A DNA stretch of 62,839 nt, filler included, from Choristocarpus tenellus KU-1152 (taxonomy: Eukaryota > Protista > Phaeophyceae), in the NCBI GenBank assembly GCA_964200185.2. It is 11 parts of 11 records of this genome, joined end to end, with 100 filler letters (N's around TTAATTAATTAA, not from the genome) between each part and the next. Parts side by side here need not be neighbours in the genome. Positions count along the whole stretch, not along the records: positions 48,751 to 54,737 come from CAXNAD020009232.1; positions 54,838 to 58,069 come from CAXNAD020021372.1; positions 58,170 to 62,839 come from CAXNAD020013533.1; 8 more parts are not named here. The stretch is one strand, 5' to 3'. The translations under genes and the position numbers were made by a program. Below are positions 52,600-62,839 of this stretch, piece after piece. The notes beneath the pieces were generated by a model. The model ran no database searches, was not told where the DNA came from, and saw only the letters and a list, made by a program, of their open reading frames with translations. Numbering within the stretch: the first letter of the stretch is position 1; each line of letters starts with the position of its first letter.

Positions 52600-54230
52600 A
52601 TCCACACATAATATATCTTGGAAAGATGCAGTACTTTCTGACGTGTGGTAAGACTCTATTGTTCTTCCTCAATTCATTGGTTTGTCCACATAGTATTCCT
52701 CTAAATAACAGTCTACGACATAACTTCAGCAAACGTTTAACGTCTTAGCATCTTGCCATGGCCATTATATTGGATCAACATAGCTCAAAGTGCCATTGTT
52801 GAAGTGTGAGCCAAGAGTACAAAGCCAAGCTCTTCTACTTCCATCAGGTCTTTCCAGTCATACCATTCCTTTCTATTTCTGACGCGGCAATTCAATATCC
52901 TCTATGTTCCCTCTCCTAGAGTCTTAATGCTCAGACAATGGACACTGTTTGCTACCTGAGTTCAACGTCTGGCCTAAACCTATGGTGCACATGACCCCCA
53001 AGGAGCTGGTGAGCCATGGACGTAAACTGGCACGTCCCAGGTCTAGAAGGAGTTTTGATACGAAAGAAGGGAAGGAAGAGAGTTTGGGGACAATTGCAAG
53101 CAATGAGCGATGATGGTCATCCTGCAGTGGTGTGAGATCTAGTCTAGAGAGGGAGGGTGGGCAAGTATCTTCTTGTCACGTGTCTCTCTACGTCGGGCGG
53201 CGGAAAGTGGGCCTGAAGTATGACAAACCTTGTGAGCTCGTTGAGGGTTTCAATTAAGCTGATTCCATGTTCCGGAAAGATTTGGTCACTTGCGCCGATC
53301 CTCTTGGATGCAAGCAGCCTTTCCATCCTCGTTGCTAGAACATGGTCGTATAGAGATGTCTACATGGAGTAGATATGGAGGTTGCGGGAAAGGGCTCGTT
53401 AGGATAATCTCTTCGTAAAAGCGCATAGAGGATTGAGTGCAAGTCAACGAGAGGTGCCATCGTGAGACAAGCAGGCAGTCGCGAGTAATTCGCCGATGCT
53501 TGGACCGGTCATACTGTCCAGAATCGAAGGCATATACTCTCCTCCTAGATCGAAGTGCACCAGCGATTCACCGGGCGAAGTTTCGCTCGTGGATATAATT
53601 CAAACTTTGAAATACCTCCACAGGACGGGTTCCTAGACTCAACGGTGACGACGTTTCTTCGTTCAGATTTTAGCTTGTTTTGTGGAAGACGAATCTGTGA
53701 CAGGCCTAGTGGTCATTCAGGGGAAAACCTGTGGCACTCTCCCCTTCCTCCTCAAGTTATAATATGTACTTTGCGAGCATCGCCGAGGTCACTTACTACG
53801 ATAGTCAGAGTTGGGTTCCCATTCAAATGAAAATCTATGAGACCGGCAAGAGCCATACAGCTTACCTTGGGTACCTCCTGGACAAGCCGTATTACCTCGA
53901 CGTATTTCATATCTGTATTATGAGATCCCTGTCCGACGTCACTCCCTCCAAGTGTAGTCATGCTTCCTGACATCTACGGTCACGACTTCGGGAGGAACCA
54001 AAGGAGGTTTTGGTAACTCGCAATTTGGCGATGTCAATCGAATCAGGAGGATATATTTTCGATTTCGATATCGAACCTCTAACTTCTGTTTCTCCCCTAG
54101 TTTCCTTTCTATTGAAATGGGCTATCCAGCTTGGATAATCAGAGTAGATGCAGAATGTGGTGGTGTTGATCTCGGAGACTTTCGTAAAACCGCTTTGGTA
54201 CATTCTTTTTCTTTTCAATGTTATAATACC
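52600..54230 (-). pseudogene. Decayed intronless coding-like sequence, product unknown
   Basis: A chain of short protein-like ORFs (54218-53958, 53973-53752, 53326-53144) on one strand, separated by stops and frameshifts. Confidence 0.3.
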
Positions 54231-55607
54231 TTGTTTTCTTCAACAAGTGGTGTATCTCTTCATGTGTATGGTTAGATGATGAGAAGAATAAGATAATAGA
54301 GTTGAAACATTTTGTTTCTTCAAAATAACATAATTCTATCATTTGAAAGACATGTCGCACCTCCCTATCGTGCGATTTAGGGCCCTACTCAACGATGACA
54401 AACAACACAATAATGTACGGTTACCTACCTGTGGTTCCTGTTGTACGTCTACACTAAACCGGTACTTGAGTCCACCAAGCAGATCTCAGGGCACATCCAC
54501 ACTCACCACCGTTAGTGTCTGGTCTATGCTGCTTTTGGCATTATCTCTTTTCCTAAAAAATAAATATTTTGTGCCCCTCTATTCCTTGTTTTTTCTTCTT
54601 TCCTCTCTTCTTTCTCCACTAACAGTGGATTTTAAAAATTGAGGATGGAGCGGGGCTATGAGGATGGTTGTTCTGCGAAAACGGTCTTGAAAAAGTACCG
54701 AAAGGTTTTTTTTTGCAACTGTTTTTGCACTTGGAAGNNNNNNNNNNNNNNNNNNNNNNNNNNNNNNNNNNNNNNNNNNNNTTAATTAATTAANNNNNNN
54801 NNNNNNNNNNNNNNNNNNNNNNNNNNNNNNNNNNNNNGGGGAAAAACCGCCCGCGGACACACCCCCCCCCCCCCCCCAGATACTTTGACCCGCCAGTCCC
54901 CATCCAAAAATAGAGCCATCACCAGCAGCTAGCTATCAGACTACGTAACTTGAAACTGCTTTCAAGTATTTTTTATACCCTTCTCATAACCAGTACTGCT
55001 ACCATTTTCCCACTTCTCAACACCACAAAAGGGCAACAATCAACTGGCACAACAGGGGACAGGCAGCATGGTACAACATTTCAATGTTCTCAAATACTAT
55101 GACATCCAGACCACTGGAGCAACAACAAGCGGTATTTCTACTATTAATAGCACAAAGGTTTAGGAACCATCCAACCACACCCTCGCAAGCCAACCAGAGG
55201 GAGAACCAACACAACAACAACCTACAGTCTAACTGGTCATTCAACCACACAAACGCTAACTTCTAAACCAACTCCGGTGAGAGTCATCACCATCTGGCAT
55301 CAATTTGTAGTATGATGCACAATCTAACAGCTGCTGCAAGTAGTAGATGCTGCAAAACGGTCCCATTGAGAAGGGCAAACAGGAGCAGCAACCAGTTGCA
55401 AGGCCAGGAGCTAGCTCACTACATAGCGTCGAGATGGACCATGCCACTGCGATAAGTGTAATTGAGAGGCCGATACAGTATGCAGTTATGCTCTGGGGGC
55501 TTTGTGCTGAACTGATGGAATAATGGGCAGGTGGTTTGATGGAACTGTTGCATCTGTGGGTCCTTTGCTTGGTGTAAACTGTTTCAGTACGCTCCTCTCG
55601 CCTTGTG

Positions 55608-57178
55608 CTACCCAGAAGGTGCAAATTTCCTGGCCTCTATTCGTATCCTGTCTGAATAGGCAGTTTTATCTTTTCTACTAGTGGCGAATGGGGAGAGGAG
55701 GAAGGCAGGGCAGGTTGGGAAAGAATGGGGGTTCTATTAGTAAATCTCAAGGTGAATATTTTACTCTTGTAAGATATATGCATTGAAAGTATAGAGATGA
55801 AGAGATTCAATCGTGATTTTCTGATGGATAGAAGTATTTGCTCCAATCAGGCGGTGGTGCACACACTTCATAAGAGTACTCCACAAAATATGACCCTAAC
55901 CCCAAGCCCTGACTGCAAAAAATACCAACATAAAAAAGGCGTAAATATTTGATGCGACATGCTAGTAACTGACCCTTTTTGAAGCATTAATTGACATAGT
56001 TCTTACTTCCAGAAAATCAAAGGATCGCACTTGGAAGGATGCCAAATATTGAGATGCCACTCTTCCACAGTTGACTGCCTCCAGGGTGGAACATTGGTAT
56101 CTCAATGCTTTACAGAATCAGAGGCTGTGGGATCAAATTCTGGCTGGACTGCTTTCCCAACTCCCTACAGCAGGAGGATAAATATAAAACATGAAGGGTG
56201 GGTCTGGGGTATAGGCCTAAGGGAAACTCTAAACTTGAGATGGACTGCTCAGGGAGAGGCAAGCAATTGGTCGGTTGTTGACCGCCGAAATATGCTGGGA
56301 AAGTTCCATTGTTGTCAAACATTGAGAGATCATTGTTCCACCGGGTGTAGTCAACAGTGGAAGGGTGATATCTCAACATTTGAAAAAGGATGCCCGAAGT
56401 GGTACTTAACATCGAAGACAGCAGGACAACGTATCGGCCTCAAGGTACCATTACTAGTAGTGTGCTGGATTCACAGGGGGGTTGGGTTAGGGTTAGGGTT
56501 TAGGCTCACATGATGCGGAGTGTGTGCAACCTACTTTTATGAGTTGGTCTATGATGAACCCTGGAGAAGTTGGCACAATAAATATCAGTTGGCGTTTAAA
56601 AAAACATACGCATATATCATAGTTGCATCTGGCTTCACATCACAGATTACTTCATGACAAGCAACTTGGGTGTTAGCAATTTACTCATGAAAAAAAAGCA
56701 TGTAAGTGATTTTAAAAAATCTAAAAGTGTACAAACACTCCCATAACTTCAGCAGGAGTGCATTGTAGTGAGGGACTCGCTTGGTCCTCAATAACAAATC
56801 AAATATTTCAGAGGTTCAAGATAGAGCAAACTCGCATTCATTTCAGGGTGCGAAAATCCAGTTGCAGTACAGCACATTTGCTTGTTTCTCACAGCAAGTA
56901 TAAGGACAGAACATGCCTTCCCGACACTAGCAAACCCCGCAGCAACACAAAAAAGCACATTTTTCGGAGATGTAGAGAGAGTGTGTCTTTGAAAGGGGAT
57001 TCACAACTCAACACGAGTGGACCACCATGATGAGAGAGGGTGGCAAGTTTGCGCTGAACAGGTACTTCGTATCAATAGTGCATGAACAGAGCACATGGAT
57101 CATTTAATACCCATAGTGAAGTTGGCCATCTGCTGAACACGGAAGAGTTAAGCAAGTAATTTCGTGCTGGCATCTACC

Positions 57179-57217
<39 letters not shown>

Positions 57218-57975
57218 CAGCGCGGGATAAAATCGCGCGAGGTGTTCTCGGNNNNNNNNNNCCCCCCCCCCCTCCCCCGCCCCTTCCCCCCCTACCTCAT
57301 TAAATGGAAAAAAGTTGAAGAGGTTTATAGGTGCACAAAGAAGAGGGGAAAACATGTATGTTCAAAATGTTTGTGCTGTGAAGATCATTGCAAACATGAG
57401 AGATGTGTGAGAAAAAGTCTTGAAAAATAATCAATGGCGAAGTATCCAAAAAATGGGTACCCACAGGTAGAGCAGGTGAGCTGCGTTCTGAGCTGGGTCA
57501 TTGGAGTTGGGAGAGTCGAGGAGGTCCTGAATTCCGATAAGAATCTCTTTGATGGTGATGCTTGGCCGCCAGCCCTGTCCCTCACTAATGATGCTGCAGA
57601 AAAAAATAACAATAAAAAAGAGGACAAAAAATAAATCTGGACAAAATGAGATCGAAAAAATACGTGATTAAACAGGAAGAATAAAACTAAAAATAATTAT
57701 ACATAAACATATATACATGTAAGTATAAATATGTAGAAGAAACTTTTGTAAAATATTTATTTTTTTCCCTTCTAACCTGCAGGGACCACCCCTGGATCTC
57801 TTGTCCCATACTAGATCTCTTTCATAACGTCTTCCCCCTTCCGACTTTCCATTCCTAGCTGCCTATCTACAGCGCTACCTGCCTCTTCTACCCCTTTTCC
57901 TCACCTCAGGCATATTCTCCCGTCACTGTAAACGTTGGGGTGAAAGAGGGGTGGAACAAACTTGCATTTGGGGGG
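55608..57975 (-). CDS. UBC9: SUMO-conjugating E2 enzyme (UBC9-like), 5' partial
   Basis: Exons 57975-57905 ([24 protein letters not shown]), 57593-57465 ([43 protein letters not shown]) and 55674-55608 ([21 protein letters not shown]) have consistent phases; the catalytic Cys is present. Confidence 0.9.
56047..56384. repeat. Inverted-repeat element with ~65-bp imperfect arms, in a UBC9 intron
   Basis: TTGAGATGCCACTCTTCCACAGTTGACTGCCTCCAGGGTGGAACATTGGTATCTCAATG pairs with CATTGAGAGATCATTGTTCCACCGGGTGTAGTCAACAGTGGAAGGGTGATATCTCAA. Confidence 0.75.
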
Positions 57976-57978
57976 CTG

Positions 57979-58011
<33 letters not shown>

Positions 58012-58169
58012 AGAAACACCCGCCCTTCCTTCGCGGGGGGAAAGAAAAAAAAGGGAAATGAGAAAAGAANNNNNNNNNNNNNNNNNNNNNNNNNNNNNNN
58101 NNNNNNNNNNNNNTTAATTAATTAANNNNNNNNNNNNNNNNNNNNNNNNNNNNNNNNNNNNNNNNNNNN

Positions 58170-58256
58170 GGAAAATGTCATAAAATAACCCATAGGAAGG
58201 AAAGCCCCAAATGGACAAAAAGGGAAAAACTCTTACCCTCTAAGATACATTCTCTC
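58170..58256 (-). mobile_element. Family A MITE, partial (contig edge)
   Basis: Ends TACCCTCTAAGATACATTCTCTC. Confidence 0.8.
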
Positions 58257-58489
58257 ACTTTTAATTAGAGGATCCAGGTTGATGGGCTGGGAGAGGCTTG
58301 GACAGATTCGTGTGATTCTTCCCTTAATTCTCGCTCGCTTCTTCATGGGGTTAGTTTAGAAGTGTTGCTCTTCTTGGTTGTTTTCTTGTGCATTGTTTCC
58401 ACACACAAGTTGGTGTATCCAACATTATTACAATAGTCCTTTCTGTGGTTATGTTAGTTGTATTCCTTACACAACATTTCCTCTTCTAT

Positions 58490-58596
58490 CAGCAGATTTC
58501 AAAAATTGAGGATGGGCTTGACCCAAAATTGACTAGGAGAAAGTGTCAAGCCCATCCTCAATGAAAAGCTCCATCCTCAATTTTTGAAATCTGCTG
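58490..58596. mobile_element. 107-bp MITE with 26-bp TIRs (CAGCAGATTTCAAAAATTGAGGATGG)
   Basis: Perfect terminal inverted repeat plus a nested inner inverted repeat; related ends at ~13681-13709 and ~54623-54666. Confidence 0.8.
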
Positions 58597-59869
58597 TTTT
58601 CTCCACTCTCTATTGTGCTAATATTTTTATGTTTCGTTATCTTCTCTCCTTCATATTTCATTAGTTCCTACATTATTACAATCCCTGTTACATGTGAATG
58701 GGTATAATACTATACACAAAATATTAATACGTCGTCAGAGTATCTGTAAACAAAAACAAGAGACCAAGAAAGGTGATAAGACGTCATTACCAGGTCAATA
58801 ATGAAGATTCGATAGGCTAGGCGAAGTGGATCAACAATCAGTGGGATGGCTAAACGCAAGGGGGGAGAAGCGAGGAGTGAACGGAGGTGCAGTTATTAGT
58901 TGCGTCATAGTAGCAGTGTAGTAGTGCAACAACAATAAAAATAATAGCAGCAACACAAAATAATGGTTGCTATAGTAGTATGATGGGAAATGTTACGGTG
59001 CAATGTCTAATGATAGTAGCACTACTAATAGTAACAATAGTAGTATCCATCACCACAGGTCAGAATCGTACCTACTCTATTTATACTGACTGCAGCATTA
59101 TATTTTTTTAATAATAAATCTCTGATGCAAACATAAAAAGGTAAAATAAACAATAATAATATAATAATAGTAACAATAATAATAATAATAAATACATATT
59201 CGGGAGTAAATGCCAAGAAAATAATATAGATCATGGTACAAATAAAGGGTTATGATACGAATATTGACGGAATACAACACAAAGAAATAACGTATTTACT
59301 CCTGACACACAAAGAAGTAACGAAAGAGAAAGAAAATTCAATATAATAGGGGAGAAGGACATTCAAGAATAACCCACGCACCACACTTGTTCTTGCACTT
59401 AATAATAATACTTGATTGGAGATGTAATTATTGGCCTTTCTTTGCCAACATCACCAGGTAGGTCCTCTTCTACGGGAAAGAGAGGAAAGAAAATCCAGTG
59501 TCACATCACGGGTCCATCTGCTCTGAACACCACTCATCACTCATCACATAGTGCATAGATAGACGAATGACAGATGGATGCAAGAAGAACTAATCAACCC
59601 ACACCCCAGAAAAGGAACAATAATGAGAAAAACAAAATTCAGCAGGCAGGGGGTGTACATGTCCCCTCTTGCTGGACTATCATCTGCCATATTTAGTTGC
59701 CTTACCCGCCTGTTTAAAATGTTGAATGTACGTCACCATCAGCTATCACGACTTCTCCTCTGGCATGTCACATGCCCAGGAATCTCTCTTTGTCTCATCA
59801 ACTATACACATTCATGTGCACGTACCATCACTTCCCTATTGTGTTGGTTTGTTGCCTCCTTGTAATCCA

Positions 59870-60200
59870 TCCCTCACCTGTGTTTCCAAACTTCTCGAGG
59901 TCGTCTGGCAAAGACAGCCATCACCACCAGTGCTTCTACTACTGCTACTATCACTGTCCACCTAGCCTTCGCTTCCCAGCCAGTAGTTCCCCAAACATCA
60001 AGGCCTTCGGTAGTCACTTATCCTCCATACTACGTGCAACTAAACAGCTGACCCCACGAACAAGGATCTCTGTTTTCACACAGTCACCTTGATACTGTCG
60101 TGTCCACTCTTCCCAAACAAGGGCATCTTTGTTAGAGTGTAAGTGATCTACAAGGTCCCTGTGAAGTAAAGCAGGCTCGGCATAATGAGGGTTCCCCCAA
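59870..60200 (-). mobile_element. Degenerate RTE-clade LINE 3' fragment
   Basis: KSGHDSIKVTV*KQRSLFVG..VARSMEDK*LPKALMFGELLAGKRRLGGQ...DDLEKFG matches the RTE terminal motif VARM.D.RLPK..MFGEL..G.R..GGQ. Confidence 0.8.
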
Positions 60201-60949
60201 TCAGTGTCCGTTATACTGTGGAGGTAAAGTAAACAAGGGGTGCCCAGGTTTTGGGCGTTTTGCTATTTAAGTCGGTTTTTTCCATCTTTTGCAGTTCATC
60301 GTTATTTCTATGGAAGAAGTGTTAAGATTGATTTGAGGTTGTTGACCTCTCTACTGTTCGAAAAATTTCGAAAAAATGAAGTGAGGTTCCTATACACATT
60401 TGAAAAAAAAGAAGAAAATTACACCTTTGTCACCATCCTTTAAATGCAACGCCGAATATCTCTTGTTTACGTTGGTGTTGCAAAGGAATGTTGTGCATGG
60501 GGTTAGAAAGTGGGCAAGAAAGGTTGAACAACAATCTGAGTGGTTGCTAACTAAGAACGACGAAAAACAAAACTAGAAAGTTTAGCCTGCATGACCTGGG
60601 TTCATCTCCATGGGGTCACGAAATACACTGGAGCAAAATAGATGTAAGAAGGGACAGGGTATTTTCCCCTCTGATTGGGGGGCGAGCTGTTTGCAGCCTT
60701 GTTTTGACATGTAGACCTCGTTTTGTCCACATGTACGTAAGTTACACCTTTTTCTGTCCACTTATAAATCTTGTAGAGATTTTTTTGTGGTCTGGGAAAG
60801 GACTCCCAGATTAATTATCTCTCTCCTCACCAACAACGGAACCCTTAGAAGAAAACAAAAACTCCAACAACAAGAAACCATGAAGCCCACCACAATACCA
60901 CCTATTTTGTTGCCAGTGCCCAGCCAGGTTTTCATTGCCCTGACTTGAG

Positions 60950-61470
60950 TAGAAACGATAGATGAGTCCAATGCGCAGCCAAGTCCACACTGGCGATACA
61001 GCCAATTATGTTTAGTTCAAGTGTTTGCGTAAAACGCACTTTGGTGGTGTAATGTTCTCCAGTAATAACGACCTTAATGCTCAAGGTTCGATGGAACCAG
61101 CTGATGAACAGATGTAAAGAAATGTAGGTCTCAGAAAGTGCTCAATGGATCTTTGTTTCTTGTGGTGTAGGGGGGGGTGCATCAACTTGTGATCCAGTAC
61201 ACATCAATGGGTTGGTGATCATTTTCTATGCGATTATTCAATTCGTCATCTCTTACATATTCCTCCACAGCTCATGTCTAACTCGTGGCCTTGGTTGTGG
61301 GAGCATCCAGTATTTATGGGTTTCATACAACGTGTAACATAATTTGTAGTGGACAAGACACACTGGCAGATAACAAGCTAGGTATAAGCGTATGCATTGC
61401 CTCTTTACCTGGATTGAATACAATTTCAAAAAGAAAAGTTCCCTGCACACAACACACACCGTTCTCACTT
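60950..61470 (-). pseudogene. Possible decayed Fanzor2/IS607-TnpB nuclease C-terminal region
   Basis: KVVITGEHYTTK (61075-61040), followed across frameshifts by CVLRKHLN and YRQCGLGCALD (~60995-60966). This resembles KVVI.DE.YTSKTC..C...C..CG...RD. Confidence 0.4.
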
Positions 61471-62140
61471 AAAAAAGGAGGATACACAACAAAATTATGT
61501 GCAGCTGAGATTGAAACAAGTAACTCAAATTAGGATATTGCAAAATGACTCCTTAAAATAGACAAATGTTAGTACAGCAATAGTCCATGAGATATATTCA
61601 CAACACTTAAAATTACGTCCTGTCTCGACTCTTGGGCCTCGGTGTCAGGTGGTGAGCTCCTATAGGACTGGGAGAGTTCCTCATCAAAGGGATCACACCA
61701 TTAGTATACTGCTCACTCCTGAGGCTGCATGCGAATAGGGGAAGCAGACTTTTAACGGTTTCACTCTTGTCAAACTGCATAGATAGCTGGAGGACATACG
61801 ATGTACGTATGTATATTAATTAATCAACGAGCTCCCAACTGTTGCCCAGCTTCAGATAGATGTATTGGGTTGAGAAAAGGCTGAGACAGACAACTGGTCG
61901 TGGGATTGAGTTGTTTGGGGGCATACTCATCGTAACAATGAGTGACCCAGCCCAGCTTGCCCCTGGTGGGAGAAGGATGCTCCGTACTGAAGGTGTCACA
62001 TGTCACCAAAATCAAGCAGGTTTGATCCATGCCTTTCTTCTAGGATGTACTACTAGTGGAGGAGTTAAAGAAGCATCAGCAGGCGGGAGGGGACAGGAAC
62101 GGCAGTCAGGGAGATTCCTCGAGCTTTGCTCAGAAGGGAG

Positions 62141-62306
62141 GAGTTAGAGTATCTTAGAGGGTAGAGCCGCGTCCATTTGGGGGTCAAAATCCAATGTTGC
62201 GGTTTTGATGTAATTTTGGCTATGGTATTTGTTAGGAAGTGTCAAAATCCTTGCTCCAGACACATTGTTTCATAAGGTATACATTTTATCTCCTCCGAAA
62301 CATTTC
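62141..62306 (-). mobile_element. Family A MITE, truncated
   Basis: GAGTTAGAGTATCTTAGAGGGTAGAGCCGCGTCCATTTGGGG... colinear with the 52333 copy until ~62306. Confidence 0.85.
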
Positions 62307-62345
62307 GATGCATAGTGTTGGCAGTCACCTCTAGGATCAGACCGG

Positions 62346-62650
62346 TCTTGATTTTTTTGAAAAGGTTGCCCAACGATTTAAACGACGATCAGCATATCGA
62401 ATGAAAGCCCTTGAACTAAGCTATCGATTTCCGGAAAGAAATTCTTTCGGAAAAAATATTTTGGTAAAGTTAGATTTTAACCGGATGTTTTCGGCGCAAC
62501 CTTGAACATATTCCGGAATGAATTATCACGACCAAAACAAGTTTCCAAAAGAATTCCTTTGGGAAAATCGATAGTTTAGATTCAGAGCTTTCATTTGATA
62601 TGCCGTTCGTTGCTTAAATCGTTGGGCAACCTTTTTTTTCAAAATCAAGA
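62346..62650. mobile_element. ~305-bp foldback (near whole-length imperfect palindrome)
   Basis: TCTTGATTTTTTTGAAAAGGTTGCCCAACGATTTAA...TTAAATCGTTGGGCAACCTTTTTTTTCAAAATCAAGA; the arms pair inward for over 100 bp. Confidence 0.85.
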
Positions 62651-62839
62651 TTGTTCACCGCCAAAACGGTATGTTGGCTAACCTCGGCTTAATACTGTTT
62701 AAGCCACTCACAGGACACTGTGAATTGAACCCGATAGAGATGATATGGGGGTGGGCGAAGCACTATGTACGAGGCCACTGTGACTGCATGTTGCCTGGAA
62801 TGAGAGCCAACATTCCTGTCAGTCTTGAGGAGGAAGGGG

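Noticed and set aside
940-54230. Stop-codon reassignment explaining the interrupted ORFs
   Set aside because: Intact genes end in TAA, TGA and TAG and have no internal stops, and the relics also contain frameshifts.
36701-58069. Kinase-RING, TALE and UBC9 as a linked cluster or sex/mating-type locus
   Set aside because: They lie on different contigs, and genes truncated at spacers do not continue across them, so adjacency is not evidence of linkage.
2818-58169. Recurring TTAATTAATTAA palindrome as a biological motif
   Set aside because: It is always centred in an identical N44 spacer and gives stops in all six frames, so it is an assembly linker.
1-62839. rRNA or tRNA genes
   Set aside because: None were recognised by eye; a tRNAscan-SE/Infernal run would be needed to exclude them.

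Overview
Eukaryotic, intron-rich (GT-AG) nuclear DNA. It is probably from a brown alga or related ochrophyte, inferred from TTAGGG-type repeats, an RTE LINE relic resembling brown-algal elements and the gene set. The window is not one locus: eleven contigs (about 3-16 kb) are joined by artificial 100-bp spacers (N44-TTAATTAATTAA-N44), and genes cut at a spacer do not continue across it. Genes rebuilt by hand from split exons are a Pro/Gln-rich UBA-domain protein, a very divergent G6PD-like ORF, a long acidic/Gly-rich unknown protein, a possible D-cysteine desulfhydrase first exon, an RLK/Pelle(IRAK)-like kinase fused to a RING finger, a TALE-class homeodomain factor with an unusual WFNNNRRR helix 3, and a divergent SUMO E2 (UBC9). 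The ORF track misses the homeodomain and UBC9. Mobile DNA includes a multi-copy ~256-bp MITE with GAG..CTC ends and 4-bp TSDs (Sola2-like) plus two related MITE families, a decayed Copia element with one LTR, RTE and CR1-like LINE fragments, foldback elements and minisatellites. A frameshifted stretch near 61 kb resembles a Fanzor2/TnpB nuclease. All homology calls come from motif recognition by eye; no searches were run.
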